Program-made: the position numbers and the translations under genes
Assembly (NCBI GenBank): GCA_040376455.1
Contig: JBEIQP010000002.1
Span: forward strand, 1-60,545
Reading direction: 5' to 3'
From: Planctomycetaceae bacterium
GTDB taxonomy: Bacteria > Planctomycetota > Planctomycetia > Pirellulales > UBA1268
Length of the DNA: 60,545 bases
Shown here: positions 1 to 8,300 of the stretch, piece after piece
Position numbering within the stretch: position 1 is the stretch's first letter
How the letters are laid out: each line of letters opens with the position of its first letter
Notes under the pieces: model-generated
Seen by the model: the letters and a program-made list of their open reading frames with translations, nothing else
The model's database searches: none
What the model was told of the DNA's origin: nothing

Positions 1-283
1 CGATATCCAGCTTGCGGGAGGGTTTTCCCATCAAGGCCTGATGGTCGTCGTCACAAACACCGCCGCGACTTTCATTCCTCGCACGTCGAGTTGGACAGTT
101 AAGAAGATTGGACACCGGCTTTTTGAGTATCGTGAGTGAAATGGCGAACCACGCAATGCAGCGGGCTCGCGATAAAATCGGTCCTGATGGAAAGTCCAAG
201 GTCGCGAGCCGCTGATCGGAGTCGTTCGGGACATTGATTCGCGATGCTGGAGGGGCTGCCTCTGAAGCCCGGTCAACGTAGCC

Positions 284-549
284 ATGCCTGAACTCAGTCG
301 CTTTTACGGAATCATCATTCGCATGTACTGCGAGTTGGGGCCCCATCACTCACCCAATTTTACGCCTACCATAGCGACGATGAGGCCGTGTATGGCCTTG
401 ACCCCATAGAGTTGCTCGCTGGGACCCTTCCTCGTCGGCAAGCCAGACTAGTGGAGGCTTGGGCCGAGTTGCATCAGTCGGAGTTGGTTGCCGATTGGGG
501 CCGATGGCAGGCCGGTTCAGAACCTCTGCCAATTGATCCGCTTCCGTAG
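284..549 (+). pseudogene. DUF4160-family small protein interrupted by a 1-nt frameshift in a T-run (358-361)
   Basis: From ATG 284 the frame reads MPELSRFYGIIIRMYCELGPHHSPNF and then hits a stop at 407-409. The +1 frame from 361 reads YAYHSDDEAVYGLDPIELLAGTLPRRQARLVEAWAELHQSELVADWGRWQAGSEPLPIDPLP*, with its stop at 547-549. The joined ~88-aa product fits the DUF4160 pattern (MPxISxFYGIxIxMY..HxPxHFHAxY..LPxR..WAxLH) as I remember it. Confidence 0.7.
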
Positions 550-557
550 GTGCCGAC

Positions 558-983
558 ATGATTCACGCTCTTCATCGCGTCACCGATTTCGAGGTTGTTG
601 GTCCGCATCGCCTGCGAATCGCATTTCGTGATGGCTTGGTGCGCGAAATCGATTTCCGCCCGATCCTTGCCGGATCTCTGTATGGCCCTCTCCGTGATCC
701 GAATCTTTTCGGCCAGGTTCGGTTGGATCCGGAGGTCCACACCTTGGTCTGGCCGAACGGCGCCGATTGTGATCCGGCTACCCTTCATGATTGGCCTGAC
801 CTGCTCCCCGCAATGGAAGAGCGTGCGAGGTCATGGGATTCCGAGGGCGTCCCGAACCAGGCGATGCAGCAGCCTCGCGTCAGCGTCCTGCGGTGTGGTT
901 CGTCCAAGGCCGCGAACTGCTCATCGCGGTCGTTCGCAGTGCAGGGTAGGTTATTTCCATGCCGATCATCGTCGCGTCTCTAG
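558..983 (+). CDS. DUF2442 domain protein (usual partner of DUF4160)
   Basis: ATG lies 8 nt after the DUF4160 stop. The N-terminal ~95 aa (VTDFEVVGPHRLRIAFRDGLVREIDF..PLRDPNLFGQVRLDPEVHTLVWPNGADCDPATLH) match the DUF2442 pattern. The C-terminal ~45 aa tail looks unnatural. Confidence 0.7.
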   Translation: MIHALHRVTDFEVVGPHRLRIAFRDGLVREIDFRPILAGSLYGPLRDPNLFGQVRLDPEVHTLVWPNGADCDPATLHDWPDLLPAMEERARSWDSEGVPNQAMQQPRVSVLRCGSSKAANCSSRSFAVQGRLFPCRSSSRL

Positions 984-1195
984 TCGTGAATGTGCTTGTC
1001 GCTGGCTTCTTCGGCCTAGCGACGGGATTCAACCTCAACTCGATTCTCCCGAAACTCGACGTCGTGTTCGGGCCGGATACGCCCTCGCGACGAATCCTGT
1101 CGTGCCTGTACTTGGCAATTGCTGCAATAAGCGCCGTTGCGTTACTGGTCGCGCCGCTGCGCATGAATAGTGTCGTCGTTCTGATGGCCCCTTGA
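959..1195 (+). CDS. hypothetical small membrane protein (two predicted hydrophobic helices)
   Basis: 78-aa ORF with two hydrophobic stretches (IIVASLVVNVLVAGFFGLATGF and LSCLYLAIAAISAVALLVAPL). No recognisable motif. It overlaps the tail of the 558-983 ORF. Confidence 0.35.
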   Translation: MPIIVASLVVNVLVAGFFGLATGFNLNSILPKLDVVFGPDTPSRRILSCLYLAIAAISAVALLVAPLRMNSVVVLMAP

Positions 1196-1256
1196 TCGCG
1201 AGCCATTGGCCGCGGCCGTTCAGCAGGAAGGCCGCCGGGCCCGCGCCCGCCAGCGG

Positions 1257-2354
1257 TCATTTGGGCAGGCAGTAGGCGAGCGCCAGCAGCGCGTAACTGG
1301 TGACAAGGCTCGGGTTGTCTTCCATCCACCTTCCGTTGGCGTTGAGCCACGAGCCGTCCGGCTGCTGCCGGCCGAGAATCTCGTCGGAAAGTTCGGCTCG
1401 CCAGGAATGAGCCTTCCCCTCGGCATCGGTAAACGTCTCCTCGCCGATCACGTCGAGCGACTTGGCGGCGGTGTGGAAATAATAGAAGAGCCCGGCCTGG
1501 CCCATGCCGGGGTTCTCCTTGAACGTGTAATGCTTGCCGAGCCATTGGAGGGCGGCCTTCACGCGGTAGTCGTCTTTGGTGAGGCCCGCGAAGATCATGC
1601 TCTTCAGTCCGGCGTAGGTCATGGAGCCGTAGCTGCGCAGCCCCCCTTCGGGCGTCGTGCCGGCCTGACTCTCTCCGCCTGCGGCCGGGGTGTAGTAGAA
1701 GCCGCCGTCAGGGTTCTTCGCGGCGAACGGCGTCGTGTTTTCGGGGCCGACGAGATTCTGCGTCCGCGACACGAACACGAGAGCCTTCTGGATCGCCGGG
1801 TCGTTTTCGCTCGTCCCGATGCTGCGGAGCGCCTCGATCATGAACTGCGTGTTGGAGAGGTCGGGCCGCCCTTTCTTCCCATAGCCCGCACCGCCGAACG
1901 CCGGATCCGCCCGGCCCTTCCCCTCGCCGTCGTCCCACTGCAGCCCCTTCACGTAGGCTTCGGCGGCCTTGATCTGCCGGTCATAGCGGCCGTCCTTGTT
2001 GCAGGCGGCCAAAGCCAGCATGGCGAGCGCCGTCTCGTAGTTGCTGACGGGCGAATCGGGCGCGTGGATGCCGCCATCGGGCTGGGCGAACGTCAGCAGG
2101 TAGTCGATACCCTTCTGAACCGCCGGGGCGTCGGCCGGGGTGCCCGACTTCACCAGGGCGTTCAAGGCGAGGGCCGTCACGGCCGGGCCGGCTTCGGAGG
2201 CGAAACTGCCGTCCTCAGCCTGCCCCTTCTCGACGAGGTACTTCGAGGCCTTGGCGATCGAATCACGAATCGCGGCGGGGTCGGCCGCCTGCGCCACGGG
2301 CACAAGGCTCGCGCAGACGAGCAAGACTGCCAACGAACCTCGCAATGCCTTCAT
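1257..2354 (-). CDS. secreted prenyltransferase/squalene-oxidase repeat (terpenoid-cyclase-like alpha/alpha toroid) protein
   Basis: Signal peptide MKALRGSLAVLLVCASLVPVAQA. Repeated QW-like motifs are present (AEDGSF, QPDGGIH, KNPDGGFYY, QQPDGSW). Confidence 0.75.
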   Translation of the reverse strand: MKALRGSLAVLLVCASLVPVAQAADPAAIRDSIAKASKYLVEKGQAEDGSFASEAGPAVTALALNALVKSGTPADAPAVQKGIDYLLTFAQPDGGIHAPDSPVSNYETALAMLALAACNKDGRYDRQIKAAEAYVKGLQWDDGEGKGRADPAFGGAGYGKKGRPDLSNTQFMIEALRSIGTSENDPAIQKALVFVSRTQNLVGPENTTPFAAKNPDGGFYYTPAAGGESQAGTTPEGGLRSYGSMTYAGLKSMIFAGLTKDDYRVKAALQWLGKHYTFKENPGMGQAGLFYYFHTAAKSLDVIGEETFTDAEGKAHSWRAELSDEILGRQQPDGSWLNANGRWMEDNPSLVTSYALLALAYCLPK

Positions 2355-2358
2355 GGGT

Positions 2359-2430
2359 CACCTTTCGCGGTGGAGAACTCAGGACGAACACCGGAAAGAA
2401 TACGCTCGTCCAAGCGGCCCCCGAAAGGTG
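2359..2430 (-). promoter_or_regulatory. possible SD-sequestering stem in the 5' leader of the 1257-2354 gene
   Basis: 9-nt perfect inverted repeat: + strand CACCTTTCG at 2359-2367 and CGAAAGGTG at 2422-2430. On the mRNA the proximal arm reads CGAAAGGTG-ACCC-ATG, so it contains the Shine-Dalgarno-like AAGGTG. Confidence 0.3.
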
Positions 2431-2505
2431 CGTCGGCCCGTGCGGGGAAACTTTCACCCGCGGCGGGCAATCATTCGCCGGCCCGGCCCGGACACGTGCC
2501 CGCGG

Positions 2506-3141
2506 TCAGACCGGGGACGTCGGCAGGGCCCGGGGGTAGGGAGGCACCTCGCGCGGCGGCGGATCGCGGCCTTCCTCCAGCTGCCACGACTCCCGTTCCT
2601 CGTCGCTGGCGTAGTAGGTGAGCCAGATCGTCGCGTCCTCGGCGTCGGTGGCGCTGCAGTCCCAGTGATAGTAGTTGTCGGGGACGTCGACCCGCTTCAC
2701 GGTCGCCGGGAGAATGTCGCGGCGAATGAGCGCATACAACTCGCGATCGGAGAGATGGTCGGTGTAATCGAGGACGATCCGCCGCGAATAGAGCCGCTCG
2801 ATCGTCTGCCAGAGACGTTCCCGCAGCTGCTCGTCATCGAGGGTGCAGGCGGGCTGCAGCGCGAGCGTCGGTTCGAACCAACGGGCGATCGGCTCCAAGG
2901 GCGCCAGTTCCCAGGCAAGCATCGACTCCAGGAACCGGTTCTCGACCTGCGTGGGCATGGTGTGAAAGTCGATCTCCCAGATCGACTCGTCGAGATACGG
3001 CTCGATCGCCGTGCGGAGTTCGCCGTTGCGGATCAGGCAGTCCACTTCTTCCGAATCGGGATGGTGTGCGAGGGGCATGCCAGGCCATTTCCAGGTGGGG
3101 ATGGATCCGTCGCGCCGGCTCGCGCCGACAAGCCGGATCAC
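2506..3141 (-). CDS. hypothetical protein (acidic, Trp-rich); start uncertain, with an alternative ATG at 3078
   Basis: ORF with natural-looking composition (…EPYLDESIWEIDFHTMPTQVENRFLESMLAWELAPLEPIARWFEP…YYHWDCSATDAEDATIWLTYYASDEERESW…). I recognise no family. Confidence 0.6.
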   Translation of the reverse strand: MIRLVGASRRDGSIPTWKWPGMPLAHHPDSEEVDCLIRNGELRTAIEPYLDESIWEIDFHTMPTQVENRFLESMLAWELAPLEPIARWFEPTLALQPACTLDDEQLRERLWQTIERLYSRRIVLDYTDHLSDRELYALIRRDILPATVKRVDVPDNYYHWDCSATDAEDATIWLTYYASDEERESWQLEEGRDPPPREVPPYPRALPTSPV

Positions 3142-3350
3142 CGACTTCCACCGCCGACGATACCAACGGAGGCCACCCGTTCAACGAATCGCGGCCCGTG
3201 GAACAGCGGTTTTTTCGGCCTCCGGCCGGTACGACCGGTACAACGTGACGACTCTCCGTCATCCGCCATTGTTCCCGGGTTTGCCGGAAGCCCGGAGTCG
3301 CCCCGCTCCAATCCCCAGAAGGGCCGGAAGACCGGCCGCGGAGATCCATA

Positions 3351-3418
3351 CCCGCCGCGGAAAGCGGCTGGTTCCGCGGCGGGATCGCTGCCACCGGCCG
3401 GCCCTCTCGGGCCGGTGG
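3351..3418 (-). terminator. two tandem perfect GC-rich hairpins immediately downstream of the rpiB stop
   Basis: Hairpin 1: CCCGCCGCGGAA (3351-3362), 9-nt loop, TTCCGCGGCGGG (3372-3383). Hairpin 2: CCACCGGCC (3391-3399), 10-nt loop, GGCCGGTGG (3410-3418). No U-tract follows on the minus strand. Confidence 0.45.
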
Positions 3419-3423
3419 TCAGG

Positions 3424-3867
3424 TCAGCAGCCGGACTCGAGCGCCGTGATCTTGGCGACCCGGCGGGCATGCCGCCCGCCCTCGAACGGCGTCGAGAGCC
3501 AGGTGCGGATGATCTTGTCCTGCACGTCGGCGCCGATCATCTCGGCCGAGAGGCAGAGCACGTTGAGGTCGTTGTGGCGCCGGCTCATCTCCGCGGTCAC
3601 CTCGTCGTGGCAGGTGGCGGCCCGCACGCCGGCGAGCTTGTTGGCGGCGATCGCCATCCCCACGCCCGTGCAGCAGAGGAGAATGCCCCGATCCACGGTG
3701 CCCTGGCTCACGCGACGGGCCACATCGGCGGCGATGTCCGGATAGTCAACGGCCTCCTCGCCCTGCGAGCCACAGTCGATCACCTCGTTGCCGAGACGTT
3801 CCAGCAGGCCGATGAGCCTCCTCCGCGCATCCACGCCCCGATGGTCGCTGCCGATTGCAATCCGCAT
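3424..3867 (-). CDS. rpiB: ribose-5-phosphate isomerase B
   Basis: MRIAIGSDHRGVDARRRL…DYPDIAADVARRV…GILLCCTGVGMAIAANK…RAATCHD…SRRHNDLNVLCLSAEM is a classic RpiB/LacAB signature. I trimmed the start to ATG 3867 within the 3424-3927 ORF. Confidence 0.92.
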   Translation of the reverse strand: MRIAIGSDHRGVDARRRLIGLLERLGNEVIDCGSQGEEAVDYPDIAADVARRVSQGTVDRGILLCCTGVGMAIAANKLAGVRAATCHDEVTAEMSRRHNDLNVLCLSAEMIGADVQDKIIRTWLSTPFEGGRHARRVAKITALESGC

Positions 3868-3916
3868 GAAAGACACAAGCTCCGTAGTTGAGAGACGCCA
3901 ACCCGCCCCCGCCGCC

Positions 3917-5110
3917 TCATTGCCCACCGGGGGGGATCCCGAGTGTATCGATTCTCGAGGTCAAATGCCCCTGAATTTGTCGGGCGCACTTCCGGTAGGT
4001 CTCCAGCGTGCCGCCGATCGGATCCAGAACATCATGACGATCCGGCGAGAGCATCGCCACCCGGCCGCCGGCCTCGGGGAACTGGGCGAGAATGGCGGCC
4101 CGGTGGGTGGCCGTCATGGTGAGGATGACGTCGGCCTGGCGGACCAGCGACTCGGTCAGCGGTTGGCTCTCGTGCCCGGAAAGATCCCCGCCCATCTCGG
4201 CCATCGCGTCCATGGCACCGGTGCTCGCCTTGCCACCCGCCCAGGCCGAGATGCCGGCACTGGCCACCACGACGCCATGCCGCTCGATCTCGTCCACGCG
4301 GCACCCGAGCCGTTCGGCGGCCAGCGCCCGAAACAGCGCCTCCGCCATCGGGCTGCGGCAGGTGTTGCCCGTGCAGACGAACAGCACCATCAGGCTGGAC
4401 AGCCGGCGGAGGGTTTCCTCCGACACGATGCCGGGCCGCACGACCCGAAATGAATCGTCGGCGATCTCGATCGTCGAGGCGGGCTGAGCATAGCGGGCCC
4501 TTCCATCGTCGATCGCCAGCCCCACGAGCCGCCCCGCCCGCTCGATCACATCGGTGACGGTCACGGCGGGCGCTTGATCCCCGCCGACCGGTTCCGCCAA
4601 GACGACCGGCCCGGCCAGCATCCGCAGGCAGTCGTTGAGCATCGGATGCCCCGGAATCCGCAGCCGTAGCCGGCCGGCGCCGATCACGGCCTCGCGGCAG
4701 GCCGCAGGCAGTCGGTGGACGAGGCTGTCCGGGTGATCGTCGGGCACGATCATCGCCACCGGTCCCGGCCAGCAGCGGCGGGCGAGGCGGCGTCCAATCG
4801 CGGTCATGCGCGGCGCCCAGTCAAGCGACTCCTCGGCGCTCTTGAGAGCGAGCGTCAGCCGAGGCTCGCGCTCCCGACTCGGCGCCACGTCGCACAACCG
4901 GGCCGTTGCGGCCGCATCCCGGGCGCTGGCGGCGACGACGTAATCGGTTTCCGTCGGAAAGACGACGATCCGCCCCTCGGCGAGCGCCTGCACCGCGCGA
5001 TGCACGACATCGCGGGCATCCTCGGTCCGGCGCAGATCGATCACCATCGGGGGCATGGATCCGCCGGGTGGGGCCGGACATGGCCGGGGGCGGGCGGGCC
5101 AAATCGGCAC
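3917..5110 (-). CDS. fusion protein: TsaC/Sua5-type YrdC domain (L-threonylcarbamoyladenylate synthase) + low-molecular-weight phosphatase (YwlE-like)
   Basis: The N-terminal half has YrdC-like motifs (VVFPTETDYVVAASA, LRIPGHPM). The C-terminal half begins LMVLFVCTGNTCRSPMAEALF, the CX5R(S) P-loop, with Cys codon 4373-4375 and Arg codon 4355-4357. Start is uncertain: GTG 5110, ATG 5056 or ATG 5047. Confidence 0.8.
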   Translation of the reverse strand: MPIWPARPRPCPAPPGGSMPPMVIDLRRTEDARDVVHRAVQALAEGRIVVFPTETDYVVAASARDAAATARLCDVAPSREREPRLTLALKSAEESLDWAPRMTAIGRRLARRCWPGPVAMIVPDDHPDSLVHRLPAACREAVIGAGRLRLRIPGHPMLNDCLRMLAGPVVLAEPVGGDQAPAVTVTDVIERAGRLVGLAIDDGRARYAQPASTIEIADDSFRVVRPGIVSEETLRRLSSLMVLFVCTGNTCRSPMAEALFRALAAERLGCRVDEIERHGVVVASAGISAWAGGKASTGAMDAMAEMGGDLSGHESQPLTESLVRQADVILTMTATHRAAILAQFPEAGGRVAMLSPDRHDVLDPIGGTLETYRKCARQIQGHLTSRIDTLGIPPGGQ

Positions 5111-5345
5111 AAAAAGGGGTTTGGAATAGGGAAAAATACCGCGGTTTGCGGGGCGCAGTCAAGGATCGGCGACTGGGCAAGCCGTGTCGCGAGCGCGGCG
5201 GCACGGACGCTCCTCGGTTCCCCGCCGGGCTGCGGCCCGTTGGGGGCCCCGCGATCGCCACGGGGTTTTCGGCTTGTGGCAGGGGCACGGGCTCCGCTAT
5301 TCCTCCGCGGCTCGGCAGCCGCCCCCTCCCGCAACGGCATCCTTG

Positions 5346-8300
5346 ATGGCCACTCGCACGACTTCCCGACGACCCGCGGCCGCGATCCCGCACTGGCTGG
5401 TCGTGGCCCTGATTGGCTGCATGGGGGCAGAGGCCGTCGCCCAGGCACCGGCGCCGCCGCCCGTGATGCCGCTGCCACCGGTCGGGCAGCCCGCCCCCCA
5501 AGCCGCTGCCGCCGCCGCCGACGAGGCCAACCGCATCGTCGAGGTGCGGATCGAAGGCAATCATGCCACGGAGGTGTCGAAGCTGCCGCAGCTCGTCACG
5601 CGGGCCGGACAGATCTTCGATCCGCAGGCGATCGAGAAGGACGTGCGCACGCTGCATCGCACCCGGAAGTTCGTCGACGTCCACCCCAAGTACGTCCGCG
5701 TTACCGAGGGCGTCGTGGTGATCTTCCAGGTCGTGGAGCGGCCGATGCTGCGCTACGTGAAGTACGTCGGCAACACGCACGTGACCACCCGCACGCTCCG
5801 CAAGAAGGCCGAAATCGACGTCGGCGATTCGATGGATCCGTACGTCGTCGAGGAGGCCCGCCGCCGGATCGAATCGCACTACCACGAGAAGGGCTACGAC
5901 GCCGCCCGCGTGACGACCGTGGAAGGAAGCAAGCCGGGCGACAAGGGGGCCGTGTTCCTCATCGACGAGGGGCGCAGCCGCAAGGTGGCCTGGACCGGCT
6001 TCGTGGGCAACACGATCGCCAGCGACGCCCGCCTCCTCACGCAGATCAAGTCGAAGCCGGGCATTCTCTGGGTCTTCGGCGGCGACGTGGATCGCAACGT
6101 GGTTGACGAGGACGTCGAGGCACTCACCGCCTACTACCGCAGCCTCGGCTTCTTCCAGGCCAAGGTGGGCCGCGAGGTGGACGTCGTTCACGAGGGCCGC
6201 AAGGACTGGACCTACCTGACCTACGTGATCAACGAGGGGCCGCGATACACCGTCCGCAACGTGGCCTTCGTCGGCAACAGCAAGTTCAAGACCGAGTTTT
6301 TGGAGCGCGACCTCAAGCTCAAGAGCGGCGAGCACTTCAACCAGTCGAAGATGGATGCCGACCTGAATCTGATCCGCGACATCTACGGCGGTCGGGGATT
6401 CGTGTTCGCCGACATCAAGGCCGACCCGCGGTTTCTCGAGCAGCCCGGGCAACTCGACCTCGTCTACAACGTCGAGGAGGGGCAGCGCTACCGCGTCGGC
6501 AAGATCAACGTGCGAATCCGCGGCGAGAATCCACACACCAAGCACAGCACGGTGCTCAACCGGCTGTCGCTCCGGCCGGGCGACATCCTCGACATTCGCA
6601 AGCTCCGCGACGACGAACGCCGCCTGAAGGCGAGCAGCCTGTTCCTCGCCGATGCATCCAAGGGGGAAGGGCCGAAGATCGTGTTCTCCAAGCCGGAGGA
6701 CGACGGCCAGCGGATGGCGAAGGATCCCGATCGGCCGGGCTTCCGCGGGCAGAGCCCCGACGGCGAGGAGGCGGATGCCGTGCTCGATCTGATGCTCGAA
6801 GGCGATTGGCAGGTCGCGCCGCAGCCGGCCGCGCTGCCGGTGGCCCCCGCGGCCGCCGAGACGGGAGCCGTGGCGGCGAAGCCGGTCTGGCGAGGCCAGA
6901 GCCCCGCCCCCGCGGTGCCCGGACAGCAGCCGTACGCGCAACAGCCGTGGGTCCAGCAGCCTTGGGTGCAACAGCCCGCCCCCGGGCAGGCTTTCGGCGT
7001 GCCCGTGCAGCCCGCCCTCCCCCAGCCCCAGATGACGGGGCAGCCGATGCAGCCGCCGGCGGCGTGGGGCGGTCAACCGCTGGCCCCCGCCGGTCCCGAA
7101 GCGATCGACTATTCCCGCATGGTCGCTCCGCCGCCGGCCGCGCCGGTCTACACCGTCCAGCAGCAATTCGCGCCGGGCGCACCGGCGGGCCCGGGCCTGC
7201 AGCCCGGCATGGCCCAGCCGGCGTTCGCCCCCGGGGCTCCCTTCCCGGCGCAGCCCGTCGCGCAGATGAACCCGAATCAGCCTCCCGGCTTCCAGCCCGG
7301 CATGCTGCCTGACTTCGGCGGCAGCCCGATGCCGGTCTTCCCCGGAAACGAGCCCTACGTGGTCGTGGACGTCGATGCCGAGGAAACGCAGACCGGCCGC
7401 CTCATGATCGGTGCCGGCGTCAACTCCAACGCCGGGCTCGTCGGCAACATCGTCGTGGACGAGCAGAATTTCGACATCCTCCGGCTGCCCAGGAGTTGGG
7501 ACGACATCAAGAACGGCACCGCCTTCCGCGGCGCCGGGCAGCGGTTTCGCCTGGAGGCCGCGCCGGGCACGCAGTTGCAGCGCTACATGGCGACGTTCCA
7601 GGAGCCGTATCTCTTCGACACGCGAATCGGGCTGTCGCTTTCCGCCTCCTACTACACGCGGGCGTTCTACGACTGGGCCGAGTCGCGAACCGGCGGCCGG
7701 ATCGGGCTCGGATACCAGTTCGCCTTCGCGCCCGACCTCTCGGTCAACGCCGGCTTCCGCGGCGAGAGCGTGGATGTCTTCAATCCGCGCGTCCCGGGCG
7801 TGCCGGAAATCGACCGGATGCTCGGCACGAACGGGCTGTACGGCTTCAGCGGCGGCCTGATTCACGACACGCGCGACAGCCCGTTCCTGCCCACGCAGGG
7901 CCACCTCGCGACGTTCGAGTTCGAGCAGGTGATCGGCACCTTCGTCTACCCGCGCGGCATCCTCGAGGGTCGGCAGTACTTCCTCCTCAACGAGCGGCCG
8001 GACGGATCGGGACGGCACGTGCTCTCGGTCGGCTCGGTGCTCGGCATGTCGGGGCCCGACACTCCCGCCTACGACAACTTCTTCGCCGGCGGCTACAACA
8101 CCCTCCGCGGCTTCGTGTTTCGCGGTGCGAGCCCCCGCCAGGCGGGAACCAACGGCCAGTTGGCGATCGTCGGCGGTCCGTTCCAGTGGCTCAACACCGT
8201 CGAATACATGTTTCCGATCACGGCCGACGACACGCTCCGCGGCGTCGTGTTCACCGACTTCGGCACCGTCGAGTCGAACGTGTCGATCAACAACATGCGC

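Noticed and set aside
31-285. 84-aa minus-strand ORF in the AT-richer patch. Also possible gene ends at 1-139: a + strand frame reads …QGLMVVVTNTAATFIPRTSSWTVKKIGHRLFEYRE*, and a minus-strand ATG at 29-31 reads MGKPSRKLDI… out of the window.
   Set aside because: There are no motifs, the sequences are too short or truncated to evaluate, and the 84-aa translation looks non-protein-like. I could not support any call.
6924-6980. Short tandem repeats as a CRISPR or minisatellite.
   Set aside because: They are in frame inside bamA and encode QQPWV-type repeats. There is no spacer/repeat architecture. No CRISPR-like array occurs anywhere in the window.
4821-8018. 1,065-aa minus-strand ORF opposite bamA and the tsaC-fusion 5' region.
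   Set aside because: This is the same codon-aligned antisense artefact. The translation is low-complexity R/G/A/P-rich, and the sense strand encodes an unmistakable BamA.
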